Positions 55,686 through 64,000 of a stretch of 64,000 bases of DNA are shown here, piece by piece. The translations under genes were made by a program, and so were the position numbers. Source of the DNA: an uncultured delta proteobacterium (GTDB lineage Bacteria; Desulfobacterota; Binatia; UBA9968); the NCBI GenBank assembly GCA_963760795.1, contig CAVXEP010000013.1, positions 160,001-224,000 of the forward strand. Direction: 5' to 3'. Position 1 is the stretch's first letter. Each line of letters opens with the position of its first letter. The notes below the pieces were generated by a model, which saw only the letters and a program-made list of their open reading frames with translations, searched no databases and had not been told where the DNA came from.

Positions 55686-57728
55686 TTACAGGAAATAATC
55701 GAAGTCCTGCTCGCGGCGCAGTTTATGGCGCACCCGGAAAATCTGCGCCGGCATGCTCAGCGGGTCGAGTTGGAGAAAGTTTCGCGCGCCATGCCAGAGA
55801 TAGCGGGCGCCGGTTAACAGTTCATGCATCTGATAGGGTTGCTTCGGTTCGAGCCCGAGCAACTCGGCGTCGAGTTCGACCCAGCCGGACTGGCTATGAT
55901 GGGGATCGAGATTGACAACGACGACGATGGCGTTGGTCAGGTCGTCGGACTGTTTGCTGAAGCAAATCAGCTGGGAATTATCGACTGGATGAAATCTCAG
56001 GCTGCGGTCGCCGTGCAGCGCCGGATTGTCGCGCCGAATCCGGTTCACCAGCGCGATGATCTCTTTCAAGCTGTCCGGTTTCGCCAGATCCCAATGTCTG
56101 AGCTGGTATTTTTCCGAGTTGAGAAACTCCTCGCTGCCGGCCTCCCGCGCGACATTTTCGCAAAGCTCGAAGGCGGGACCGTAGATCCCGTAGTTTGCCC
56201 CGAGCATCGCGGCAAGCACCAAGCGCGCCATGAACGCGGGGCGGCCGCCAAATTGCAGATACTCGGTCAGGATGTCCGGCGTCGTCGGCCACAGGTTCGG
56301 GCGGAAATATTCGGCCACTGCGGTCTGGGTAAGCTCGGTGAAGTACTCGGTTAGCTCCGCGCTCGTGTTACGCCAGGCAAAATAACTGTACGACTGGCTA
56401 AAGCCGAGCTTGGCCAGGCGGTACATGACTTTCGGGCGCGTGAAAGCTTCGGCCAGAAAGATTGCGTCGGGATATTCTTTTCTAACTTCGGCGATGGCCC
56501 ACTCCCAAAAGGGCAGAGCCTTGGTGTGGGGATTATCGACGCGAAAGATCCGCACGCCTTGCTCGCACCAAAAGATCACAATACTTTTCAGCTCGCGCCA
56601 AAGCTCTTGCCAATCCTCGCTCTCGAAATCGATGGGGTAGATGTCTTGGTATTTCTTCGGCGGATTCTCGGCGTATTGGATCGAACCGTCAGGACGTTTA
56701 CGAAACCATTCGACATGGTCTTTGACATAAGGATGATCCGGCGTGCACTGAAAAGCGATGTCGAGAGCGATTTCCAGACCCTGCTCCTTGGCCTTGGCGA
56801 CCAACTGGTGAAAATCCGCCAGCGTCCCGAGTTGCGGATGAATCGACTTATGACCGCCCTCCTTGGCGCCGATCGCCCAGGGACTGCCGACATCGTCCGG
56901 CGCGGCGCTCATCGCATTGTTTTTGCCTTTGCGAAACGACACGCCGATCGGATGAATCGGCGGCAGATAGAGAACGTCGAATCCCATGGACGCTACGTAG
57001 GGCAGCCGGGCGATGCAATCTTTAAACGTCCCGTGGACACCGGCTGTCGGCGCGCACGAGCGCGGGAACATTTCGTACCAGGCGCTAAACTGAGCCCGTT
57101 TGCGCTCCACGGCGACGCGCAGTTCTTTGCCATAGGTCACCGCCCAACGCCGGTCGGGATACCGCGCCATCAAGGTGGCCAGTTCTTCCGCCAACGCGAG
57201 CCGAGAGGCTTCCATGGTGTCCGCCCGCAGCGCTTTAGCGAAGCGATCAAGCGTTTTACTATGGTTGCCGTTAGCGCGCTTAGCGCCGAGTGTCACGAGT
57301 TCGGCTCCGGTCAGCAGCTCGACCTCGACATCCTGTCCGGCTGCGACCTTTTTCTCGAAACCATGGCGCCACGATTTGAAGCGATCGATCCAGGCTCGGA
57401 CCGTATAATAGTAATCGCCCAGTCCGGTAACTTGGAATTGACCGCGCCAGATATCGTTGGCCGAAGGCTGCATCGGCACTTCGATCCACTGGCCGCGCTC
57501 GCCGTGGCGGTACAGGAGCGCCGCCGATAATTCATCGTGGCCATCGGCGAAGATATCTGCTTCGACAACAACCCCCTCGCCATCGATGCGCTTGATCGCG
57601 AAACGGCCACCGTCCGCAATCGGCCTGACAGCGTCAATGACCACGCGCTCGCGCCCTTCCGTGACGATCGGCGCGGCCGTTCGCGGCAGCCGATTAGCGC
57701 CGGTGTTCTTCTTGCGTTTCCTGCTCAT
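55686..57728 (-). CDS. glgE: Alpha-1,4-glucan:maltose-1-phosphate maltosyltransferase
   Basis: [68 protein letters not shown]. Confidence 0.97.
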   Translation of the reverse strand: MSRKRKKNTGANRLPRTAAPIVTEGRERVVIDAVRPIADGGRFAIKRIDGEGVVVEADIFADGHDELSAALLYRHGERGQWIEVPMQPSANDIWRGQFQVTGLGDYYYTVRAWIDRFKSWRHGFEKKVAAGQDVEVELLTGAELVTLGAKRANGNHSKTLDRFAKALRADTMEASRLALAEELATLMARYPDRRWAVTYGKELRVAVERKRAQFSAWYEMFPRSCAPTAGVHGTFKDCIARLPYVASMGFDVLYLPPIHPIGVSFRKGKNNAMSAAPDDVGSPWAIGAKEGGHKSIHPQLGTLADFHQLVAKAKEQGLEIALDIAFQCTPDHPYVKDHVEWFRKRPDGSIQYAENPPKKYQDIYPIDFESEDWQELWRELKSIVIFWCEQGVRIFRVDNPHTKALPFWEWAIAEVRKEYPDAIFLAEAFTRPKVMYRLAKLGFSQSYSYFAWRNTSAELTEYFTELTQTAVAEYFRPNLWPTTPDILTEYLQFGGRPAFMARLVLAAMLGANYGIYGPAFELCENVAREAGSEEFLNSEKYQLRHWDLAKPDSLKEIIALVNRIRRDNPALHGDRSLRFHPVDNSQLICFSKQSDDLTNAIVVVVNLDPHHSQSGWVELDAELLGLEPKQPYQMHELLTGARYLWHGARNFLQLDPLSMPAQIFRVRHKLRREQDFDYFL

Positions 57729-57755
57729 CTTGCCATCCGAGTGTTTCTCTTCACG

Positions 57756-58952
57756 TCATCCACGATTGGGCGGGATCGCTTGCGGCGCCGCCTTGACCGA
57801 AATCCTGACCGAAGTGGGGCTGAATTCTTGCAAGGTCAGCTCCTTGGGAAAGCGCAGGTCTTTATCGGAAAGTGTAAACGTGCGCCGGCCCACCTCCGCC
57901 ATAGCGACATCGGCGCTAATGCGAATCTTCTTCCGATCGAAAAGATAAAAGGTCCGCAGCGGCGCGCTAAACGTAGCGCTAACCACCGGCGGATAAACCG
58001 CTTCGAGTTGCAAGTGCGCCGGCAGGTTCTCCACCGTGACTGGAACCTTGTAATTCACCTCGACAAGCTTCGATCCCGGCACGAACAAATACCAAAGTGC
58101 GATCGCCAGACAGATCGACACGGCCTTGGTCAGCCAATTTTCGCGCAGCAGTCCCAAGCGCAGCGACCCGTTCGCCTTGGCCGGAAACCTCTCATTCAAG
58201 AATGTTTGAATCGCCGCGCCGAGCGCCTGGGAACCGTCGAGCTGCCGGAGCCGGCCGTTGCGGGCGATGGAAATCGTTCCGCGCTCTTCGGAGACGACCA
58301 AACAGAGCGCGTCGCAAAGTTCCGCCATCCCCAAAGCCGCGCTATGGCGCGTGCCCACTTGAGCCGTCTGCGCTAGATCCTTTGACAGCGGCAGATGGGC
58401 CGCGAAGCGCGTCAGCTGATCGTGCTCAATAAGTACCGCGCCGTCATGGCCGGGTGAATGGTTATCGAAAATGCTGCGCAGGAGCGGCACGCTCAATCGA
58501 CCGTTGAGCGCAATACCGCCCGTGATATGGCGATCGATCGGATCCTTCCCCGCGATCACCACCAGGGCACCGATATGATCGCGCGCCAAGTCGGCCAAGG
58601 TGCGAACCAGAATATCGGCGGTGGCGGAAGTCGCCGTCGGAACCGGCTGGCGGGTAAAACTCCACACCGCGATGCGCTCGAACATCTGGCGCAGCTCCTC
58701 TTGGAAGATCACCACAATCATCACGACAAAGACCGCGAAGAACGCTTGAAAAATCCATGCGGTCATCTGCAAGTCCAGATAACGCACCAGCAAGTAGGCG
58801 GCACCCAGAATCATGATCCCGCGCACCACGAATGCGGCTCTTGTGCGGCGCAGCCATACGATCGCGGTGTAGACAAGAATCGCAACCAGCAAGACGTCGA
58901 CGATCTCACCGATGGTAATAGTTGCGAAGGGTATAAGGGTATCGCTATTCAT
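57756..58952 (-). CDS. Membrane diadenylate cyclase (CdaA/DacA type) fused to a CdaR/YbbR-like C-terminal region
   Basis: 3 TM + IVVIFQEELR, HDGAVLI, HLPLS, GTRHSAALG, VVSEERGTIS; then ENWLTKAVSICLAIALWYLF TM and a YbbR-like domain (VPVTVENLPAHL). Confidence 0.88.
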   Translation of the reverse strand: MNSDTLIPFATITIGEIVDVLLVAILVYTAIVWLRRTRAAFVVRGIMILGAAYLLVRYLDLQMTAWIFQAFFAVFVVMIVVIFQEELRQMFERIAVWSFTRQPVPTATSATADILVRTLADLARDHIGALVVIAGKDPIDRHITGGIALNGRLSVPLLRSIFDNHSPGHDGAVLIEHDQLTRFAAHLPLSKDLAQTAQVGTRHSAALGMAELCDALCLVVSEERGTISIARNGRLRQLDGSQALGAAIQTFLNERFPAKANGSLRLGLLRENWLTKAVSICLAIALWYLFVPGSKLVEVNYKVPVTVENLPAHLQLEAVYPPVVSATFSAPLRTFYLFDRKKIRISADVAMAEVGRRTFTLSDKDLRFPKELTLQEFSPTSVRISVKAAPQAIPPNRG

Positions 58953-59064
58953 TATTGCTAGAATACCTGATTCCAACTGGTTGTTTTAGCCTGTCTCAGG
59001 GTAATCTCTGGTTTTCGTGTAACCTTATGCGATTTTGCCAGCGACGTACCGGGTGGCGGTGCTT

Positions 59065-60021
59065 CTATCGAATGGCTGCTTGAGGCATTCCCGCCATCTC
59101 GTACAGCAGCGCGATGCGCCGGGCAATCGGTGGATGGGTCGTTAGCAAGTTAGCCAAGCCGCTCTCGCTGTCGTCTAACCGGCGGCGTATCGGATCGCAG
59201 AAAAACAGCGGCGCGGTGCCGCGCATGGCTTTGTTTACCGGCCCACCGGCATCGCGAATCTTTTCCAGCGCCCGCGCCAAGCCGCGCGGGTTGCGCGTGT
59301 ACTCGGCGGCCGTGGCGTCGGCGAGATACTCTCTTTGGCGCGACACCGCCATCGCCAATAGCTGAGCGAGCAACGGCGACACCGCCACCAGCAACAACAA
59401 TGGAATAAACAACGCGGGGTTCTTAGCGCCGTCGCGGCGGTTTGCGCGCGAGCGAAAAGCGCCGCGTTGCCCCCAGTCCGCCAAGATCGCGATGCCGCCG
59501 ACCAGGACGCTTACCAAGGTCATGAGCAAAGTGTCTTGGTTGCGAATATGTGAGATCTCATGGGCGACCACGCCTTGAGTCTCTTCACGGTCGAGCAAAG
59601 TCAGCAGTCCTGTGGTCATGCAGATCGCCGAGTTTCGGTCATTGGTACCGGTAGCCAGAGCGTTGGGCGCGGCGTCGTTGATCACATAGACCTGCGGCAT
59701 CGCCGAACCCGACGCCAGCGCCATCTCGGTGACGATGTTACGCAACTCACGGTGCTCGGGGATTTGCATGTCTAATTTTTCCGCGCCGAGGGAGCCGAGG
59801 ATCAAACGGCTACCGCCATAGTAGGCGGTTAGCGTAGTGAACGTCGCAAAGCTCAGCGCCACGACCGTCGCGATGGGAAACCGCGACCCCGCCGGCGTGA
59901 ATTCATCGAAGTATGAATAGTCGACCGCGCCGCCGATGAGGAGAAACAAAAGAATGAAGAAGCCCAGCAGCGCAGCACTCCAGCGCTGATTATGGGCCTG
60001 GCGTTGGGCGAAATCGATCAA
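59065..60021 (-). CDS. HtpX-like M48 zinc metallopeptidase
   Basis: PQVYVINDAAPNALATG, TTGLL, GVVAHEISH (HExxH), SRQREYLAD, THPPIARRI; probable TTG start. Confidence 0.93.
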   Translation of the reverse strand: MIDFAQRQAHNQRWSAALLGFFILLFLLIGGAVDYSYFDEFTPAGSRFPIATVVALSFATFTTLTAYYGGSRLILGSLGAEKLDMQIPEHRELRNIVTEMALASGSAMPQVYVINDAAPNALATGTNDRNSAICMTTGLLTLLDREETQGVVAHEISHIRNQDTLLMTLVSVLVGGIAILADWGQRGAFRSRANRRDGAKNPALFIPLLLLVAVSPLLAQLLAMAVSRQREYLADATAAEYTRNPRGLARALEKIRDAGGPVNKAMRGTAPLFFCDPIRRRLDDSESGLANLLTTHPPIARRIALLYEMAGMPQAAIR

Positions 60022-60037
60022 CGGTGTGCGCGGCGAG

Positions 60038-60595
60038 CTAGCGTGGCAACGACAAACTGACTTTGGGCAGCGCCATTTCGGCATCGGGCACGGCGAACAA
60101 TTCGCTGGGCTGGAATTTGAAGAAACCGGCGATCAGATTGCCGGGGAAAACCTGCTGCTTGGTGTTATATTGAGTGACCAGATCGTTGTAGTATTGGCGC
60201 GAAAACGCAATCTGATTTTCCGTCGTCGCCAGCTCTTCCTGCAGGTCGAGAACGTTCTTGTTGGATTTCAAGTCGGGATAGTTCTCCATCAGCACGAAGA
60301 CTTTGCCGAGGGATTCGCTCAATGCGCCCTGCGCCTCGGCCGTCTGCTTGACGCCCGTCGATACCATCGCCTTGCTGCGCGCGTCGATGACCTTTTGCAG
60401 CGTGTCCTGTTCGAACTGCATGTAGCCCTTGACGGTTTCGACTAAATTGGGAATCAAATCGTAGCGCCGCTTGAGCTGGACGTTGATCTGGTGCCAGCCG
60501 TTTTGCACCCGCAAGCGCAGCGCGGTCAGCGTGTTGTAGGTCGAGATGATCCAGATACCGGCGACAAAAACGATACCCCAAATGACGTAGATCAT
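60038..60595 (-). CDS. lemA: LemA family protein
   Basis: N-terminal TM, W.QINVQLKRRYDLIPNLVETVKGY, ENYPDLKSN, TENQIAFSRQYYND. Confidence 0.95.
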   Translation of the reverse strand: MIYVIWGIVFVAGIWIISTYNTLTALRLRVQNGWHQINVQLKRRYDLIPNLVETVKGYMQFEQDTLQKVIDARSKAMVSTGVKQTAEAQGALSESLGKVFVLMENYPDLKSNKNVLDLQEELATTENQIAFSRQYYNDLVTQYNTKQQVFPGNLIAGFFKFQPSELFAVPDAEMALPKVSLSLPR

Positions 60596-60597
60596 GT

Positions 60598-61620
60598 TTA
60601 GCGTCCCTTTCCCCACTCGTCGCGCATGAGAATATCCTGGGTCACGTCGCGCACCCTTCCGACGCCGGTCATCACCAGCACGCGCTGCATCTCTTCGGCG
60701 AAAACATTGAACACCCGCTCGACACCGCGCGCGCCGAAAGCGCCGACGCCCCAGGCCACCGGCCGGCCGGCGAGCACCGCTTTGGCGCCCAGCGCCAGGG
60801 CTTTAACGATATCACCGCCGCTGCGAATGCCGCTGTCGAGCAGCACCGAAACTTTAGCGCCGACGGCATCGACGACTTCGGGCAACGCTTCCAAAGCCGA
60901 GCGGTTGAAATCGAGAATCCGCCCGCCATGATTGGAAACCACCACGGCATCGGCGCCGGAGTTGACGGCAATCTTGGCGTCAGCGGCGCCCATGATGCCT
61001 TTGACCACCACCGGCAGTTTTACCATCTGCTTCATCCACTCGATGTCTTTGGGCGTCGACTTATGGCCCTTGCGCGGTTTGCCGTCCTTGGTCGACAACG
61101 GCACCTCATCGCCGATCTTCACCGGCTTGACGGTGTCCATGGTGATGCCGACAGCGGCGAAGCCCAAGTCCTGCGCCGTCTTGGCGTACGCTTCGACCTC
61201 TTCCCTGCCGCGATTCATATAGGCCATGAACACCAGCGGCGACTTGTCGGCAGCGCGCCAGTCGTGCAGGTTGAAATGCGCGGCCTGACTGACAAACATC
61301 ATCGCGCCCGCGCGATCCGTGCCTTCAGCCACTTCGCGCTCAGCATCTTTGCCAATCAAGCTAAAACTCCCCACTGGCGCCGTGATCGCCGGAATCGGCA
61401 ACGTCTTGCCGAACAACTCGACGGAAATATCCGGCTCGCTGACATCGTGGAAAATTTTCTGGCGAAATAAGTATTGCTGAAACGCCCGCGGATTGCGGTG
61501 AAAGGTCGACTTGGTCTCGGCTGCGCCGTTGAAATGCGTCCACGCCTCCGCCGGCGCCTTCTGCCGCATGATCCCGCGCAGATCGCGCAGCCCCATCTGT
61601 TCCAGTGGTTTGTCAGTCAT
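60598..61620 (-). CDS. FMN-dependent alpha-hydroxy-acid oxidase family protein
   Basis: PAITAPVG, LPVVVKGIM, VVSNHGGRILD, DSGIRSGGDIVKALALGAKAVLAGRP. Confidence 0.92.
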   Translation of the reverse strand: MTDKPLEQMGLRDLRGIMRQKAPAEAWTHFNGAAETKSTFHRNPRAFQQYLFRQKIFHDVSEPDISVELFGKTLPIPAITAPVGSFSLIGKDAEREVAEGTDRAGAMMFVSQAAHFNLHDWRAADKSPLVFMAYMNRGREEVEAYAKTAQDLGFAAVGITMDTVKPVKIGDEVPLSTKDGKPRKGHKSTPKDIEWMKQMVKLPVVVKGIMGAADAKIAVNSGADAVVVSNHGGRILDFNRSALEALPEVVDAVGAKVSVLLDSGIRSGGDIVKALALGAKAVLAGRPVAWGVGAFGARGVERVFNVFAEEMQRVLVMTGVGRVRDVTQDILMRDEWGKGR

Positions 61621-61767
61621 AAATTGTCCGCCTATTGGGTGTAGTGAACTATAAACCGGTTGGGGTCGTTCGCTTGTGATCAAAATGCTCTAGAGGCGAC
61701 CGGCCGGTCGCCCTCTTGAAGCCTTACTGTCCTCTCCCATGAGGAAGAGGAAACAATCTGAAAAAAA

Positions 61768-62637
61768 TCAATTCGCTGTCGCAATCTCCCAGCAATTCGT
61801 CCCCGGATCGCGAAAACAAAATGACGCGGAGCCGTTGGTTTCCTGGAGCGGAAATAGTTCGCGCACGCCCAATGCTTCGCCTCTCTCCCTGAATTGCCGA
61901 TAGACATCTTTCACCGCGTCCTTCGACGCCACGGTCAGGGTATTGCGAAAGTTCGCCGAGAACACCGGGGCATTTTGGCGCAGCGCGCAGACGATAAAAG
62001 TTTTCGTCGTCGGATGCTTGATGTAGATCACATTATCGTTAAACCGGTGCGCGTCCAGGCCCAAGACATTGGTGTAAAAATTCTTGCTCGCCTCCAGGTC
62101 AGTGGCAACCAAAGTGCCATGGGTGAACCCCTGGGGCACGTAGCCGCGTCCTGGAAAGCGCTCCTCCGGCAGCAACTGATCCCAGTGCGCCATCTTCACC
62201 GCGCCGAAGCGCTCCGCGGTCGCCTGTTTGCGATTGAACGCCTCGTAGCACTCGATCTCCCAGCCATTGCTGCCGGGTTCGACGAAATAGCAGGAATAGG
62301 AGCCATGACTCCAGGTCGGCTTGCCGATGGCGCCGAGTTTGTAGTCGGCTTTGTGCGCCAGTAAATAATCGTAGGCCCGGTCCACTTCTTCCGGACTGAC
62401 CACGCGCACGCCCCAATGATTGTGCATCGGCTTCGCTGGCGCGTCCGGCCCGGCCTCATGGACCACCAACTGCCAATGGGTGTTGGGATGCTTGAGCGTC
62501 GCCTCGCCGGGCTTCTCGGATAGCTTCTCGAAGGCCAACAGCTCGGTGAGAACTTTCAACGAGTCGTGCAGGTTGCGGCACTCCATATGAGTCGCCGCCA
62601 ATCCGGTGGTGTTGATCATATTCGAACTCCTAACCAT
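61768..62637 (-). CDS. Tandem-domain VOC/glyoxalase-family protein
   Basis: Two beta-alpha-beta-beta-beta repeats; HNHWGV, YFVEPGSNGWEIE, FTHGTL..DLEASKNFY..VLG, FRDPGTNCWEI. Confidence 0.88.
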   Translation of the reverse strand: MVRSSNMINTTGLAATHMECRNLHDSLKVLTELLAFEKLSEKPGEATLKHPNTHWQLVVHEAGPDAPAKPMHNHWGVRVVSPEEVDRAYDYLLAHKADYKLGAIGKPTWSHGSYSCYFVEPGSNGWEIECYEAFNRKQATAERFGAVKMAHWDQLLPEERFPGRGYVPQGFTHGTLVATDLEASKNFYTNVLGLDAHRFNDNVIYIKHPTTKTFIVCALRQNAPVFSANFRNTLTVASKDAVKDVYRQFRERGEALGVRELFPLQETNGSASFCFRDPGTNCWEIATAN

Positions 62638-62715
62638 GGCTGAATCGTTCCGGAAAATTTACAGCCGCAGCACCGGGGTGTCAAACTGGCCGGATGAAGG
62701 GTAGCGGTTGAGTGT

Positions 62716-62788
62716 GGCAAGATCCCTCTCTTCGTTTGAGATGACGGCGGCTTGAAGTCTGTCATTTCGAGCGCAGCGAGAAATCTCA
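62716..62788. repeat. REP-like palindromic pair (AGATCCCT..GATGAC / GTCATTTCGAGCG..AGAAATCT)
   Basis: gatccctctcttcgtttgagatgac ... gtcatttcgagcgcagcgagaaatct in a divergent intergenic region. Confidence 0.65.
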
Positions 62789-62900
62789 CCCGCCCGCAGC
62801 ACCGGGCCAACATCAAGCGGAATCAGCGCCAATTCGCCTTGACACAAAGTTGCCTTTTCCTTACATTCGCCGAGCCTTCGACGGAAGGAGCGGACTTTCC

Positions 62901-63926
62901 ATGAAATTACCCATCGCGCTTGTCGCAGCCGCGCTGTTAACCCGCGCCATCCTTCCTGACAGCGCCGCCGCCCAGGAAAATTTCTACCAGGGCAAAACCA
63001 TCCGCATGATCGTTGGCACTTCGGCCGGCGGCGGCTTCGATACTTATACGCGGACCATCGCGCGCCATTTCGGCAAGCATGTGCCGGGGCAGCCGTCCAT
63101 CGTCGTCGACAACATGGCTGGCGCCGGCCATTTGATCGCCGCCAATCACATGTACAGAGTCGCCAAACCCGACGGCCTGACCCTTGGCCACTTCCACGGC
63201 GGCTGGTTTCTCTATCAACTGTTCAAACGGCCGGGCATCGAGTTCGACGCGACGAAATTTGAATTCTTGGGCTCGCCGATCAAAGAAAGCCGCGCCTGTG
63301 CGTTTACCAAAGCCAGCGGCATCACCAGCGTGGAAAGATGGTTGGCGTCAAAGACGCCGGTAAAAGTCGGCGGCATCGGCGGCGGTGCGCCGGACGACAT
63401 GGCGCGCATGCTCACCGCCACCACGGCGCTGCCGATCCAACTAGTCACCGGCTACAAAGGCACATCGGAGATTCGCCTGGCGGCAGAGAGCGGCGAGTTG
63501 GCCGGCGGTTGCTGGACCTGGGATTCGATTCGTTCGACTTGGAGCAAAGCGATTCAATCGGGTGAAGCCATCGTCGTGCTGCAAGCGCTGTCCAAACCTC
63601 ATCCGGATTTACCCAACGTGCCGCTGGCGCAAAGCCTGGCTAAGACGGATGAAGCGCGCCAACTGCTTCAGGCCGGCGTCCAAGATCCCGCCGACTTCTA
63701 CCGCCCCTACGTCGCCCCGCCGCGCACCCCCAAACCACGCGTCGACACGCTGCGCCAAGCATTCGCCGCGACCATGAAGGATGCGGAGTTCCTCGCCGAC
63801 GCCAAGAAAGCCAACCTGGACATCGAACCGATCACCGGCCAGGAAATGGAAAAACTCGTCGCCGGGATTTTCAAGCTCAACCCGGCACTCGCGGCGAAGC
63901 TCAAGAATATTTTGAATCCGACCTAA
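62901..63926 (+). CDS. Bug/TctC-type tripartite tricarboxylate transporter substrate-binding protein
   Basis: FYQGKTIRMIVGTSAGGGFDTY, VDNMAGAG, KPDGLT, VTGYKGTSEIRLA.ESGE, RPYVAPP; aaggag RBS. Confidence 0.93.
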   Translation: MKLPIALVAAALLTRAILPDSAAAQENFYQGKTIRMIVGTSAGGGFDTYTRTIARHFGKHVPGQPSIVVDNMAGAGHLIAANHMYRVAKPDGLTLGHFHGGWFLYQLFKRPGIEFDATKFEFLGSPIKESRACAFTKASGITSVERWLASKTPVKVGGIGGGAPDDMARMLTATTALPIQLVTGYKGTSEIRLAAESGELAGGCWTWDSIRSTWSKAIQSGEAIVVLQALSKPHPDLPNVPLAQSLAKTDEARQLLQAGVQDPADFYRPYVAPPRTPKPRVDTLRQAFAATMKDAEFLADAKKANLDIEPITGQEMEKLVAGIFKLNPALAAKLKNILNPT

Positions 63927-63962
63927 GCCATTGCCGTCAATCCAGTCAGAGAGGTTATCGTC

Positions 63963-64000
63963 ATGGGAACAGTCTCAATCTTGGCCGCAATGCTGTTATT
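63963..64000 (+). CDS. 5' end of a probable exported protein (partial)
   Basis: gagagg RBS then MGTVSILAAMLL at the window edge. Confidence 0.45.
   Translation, partial: MGTVSILAAMLL

Noticed and set aside
1-64000. Selenoprotein (in-frame UGA) genes prompted by tRNA-Sec
   Set aside because: The breaks I examined are frameshifts or TAA/TAG; no UGA at a Cys-equivalent position was found by eye. A SECIS search was not possible.

Overview
GC-rich bacterial chromosomal segment. The many stand-alone substrate-binding proteins, hydantoinase/UbiD/Rieske/VOC enzymes and dense periodic intergenic palindromes suggest a Candidatus Binatia ('Deltaproteobacteria')-like genome; this is inference, not a database match. 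Layout: (1) 0-16.6 kb has a macro-domain deacetylase, corA, MFS transporters, a HAD-like protein and an isochorismatase-like protein that both lack catalytic residues, an HNH protein, an acetone-carboxylase-like hydantoinase A/B/gamma trio and ridA. (2) 16.7-20.6 kb is a small decayed accessory patch with a PAS hybrid kinase. (3) 20.6-29.4 kb is an aromatic/heteroaromatic acid catabolism cluster: UbiD, two paralogous Rieske oxygenases, a 4,5-dihydroxyphthalate-decarboxylase-like protein, GlcG and three SBPs. (4) 29.7-44.6 kb has a sigma54-type promoter before an HPF-CSD gene, tRNA-Sec, a USP, a sugar ABC importer, tamAB and an MlaC-like gene. (5) 44.8-59 kb is a trehalose/glycogen operon headed by a CdaA-CdaR-like fused diadenylate cyclase: glgE, treS-mak, glgB, decayed glgC, treZ, decayed glgX, treY. 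(6) 59-64 kb has an M48 protease, lemA, an FMN oxidase, a VOC protein and a TctC-type SBP. Several single-base frameshifts are probably sequencing errors. No CRISPR array, rRNA, transposase or integrase was seen. The most distinctive unexplained signal is a set of 7- and 9-bp-periodic inverted-repeat elements whose arms differ in sequence but which mostly share a TCCGA/TCGGA core.
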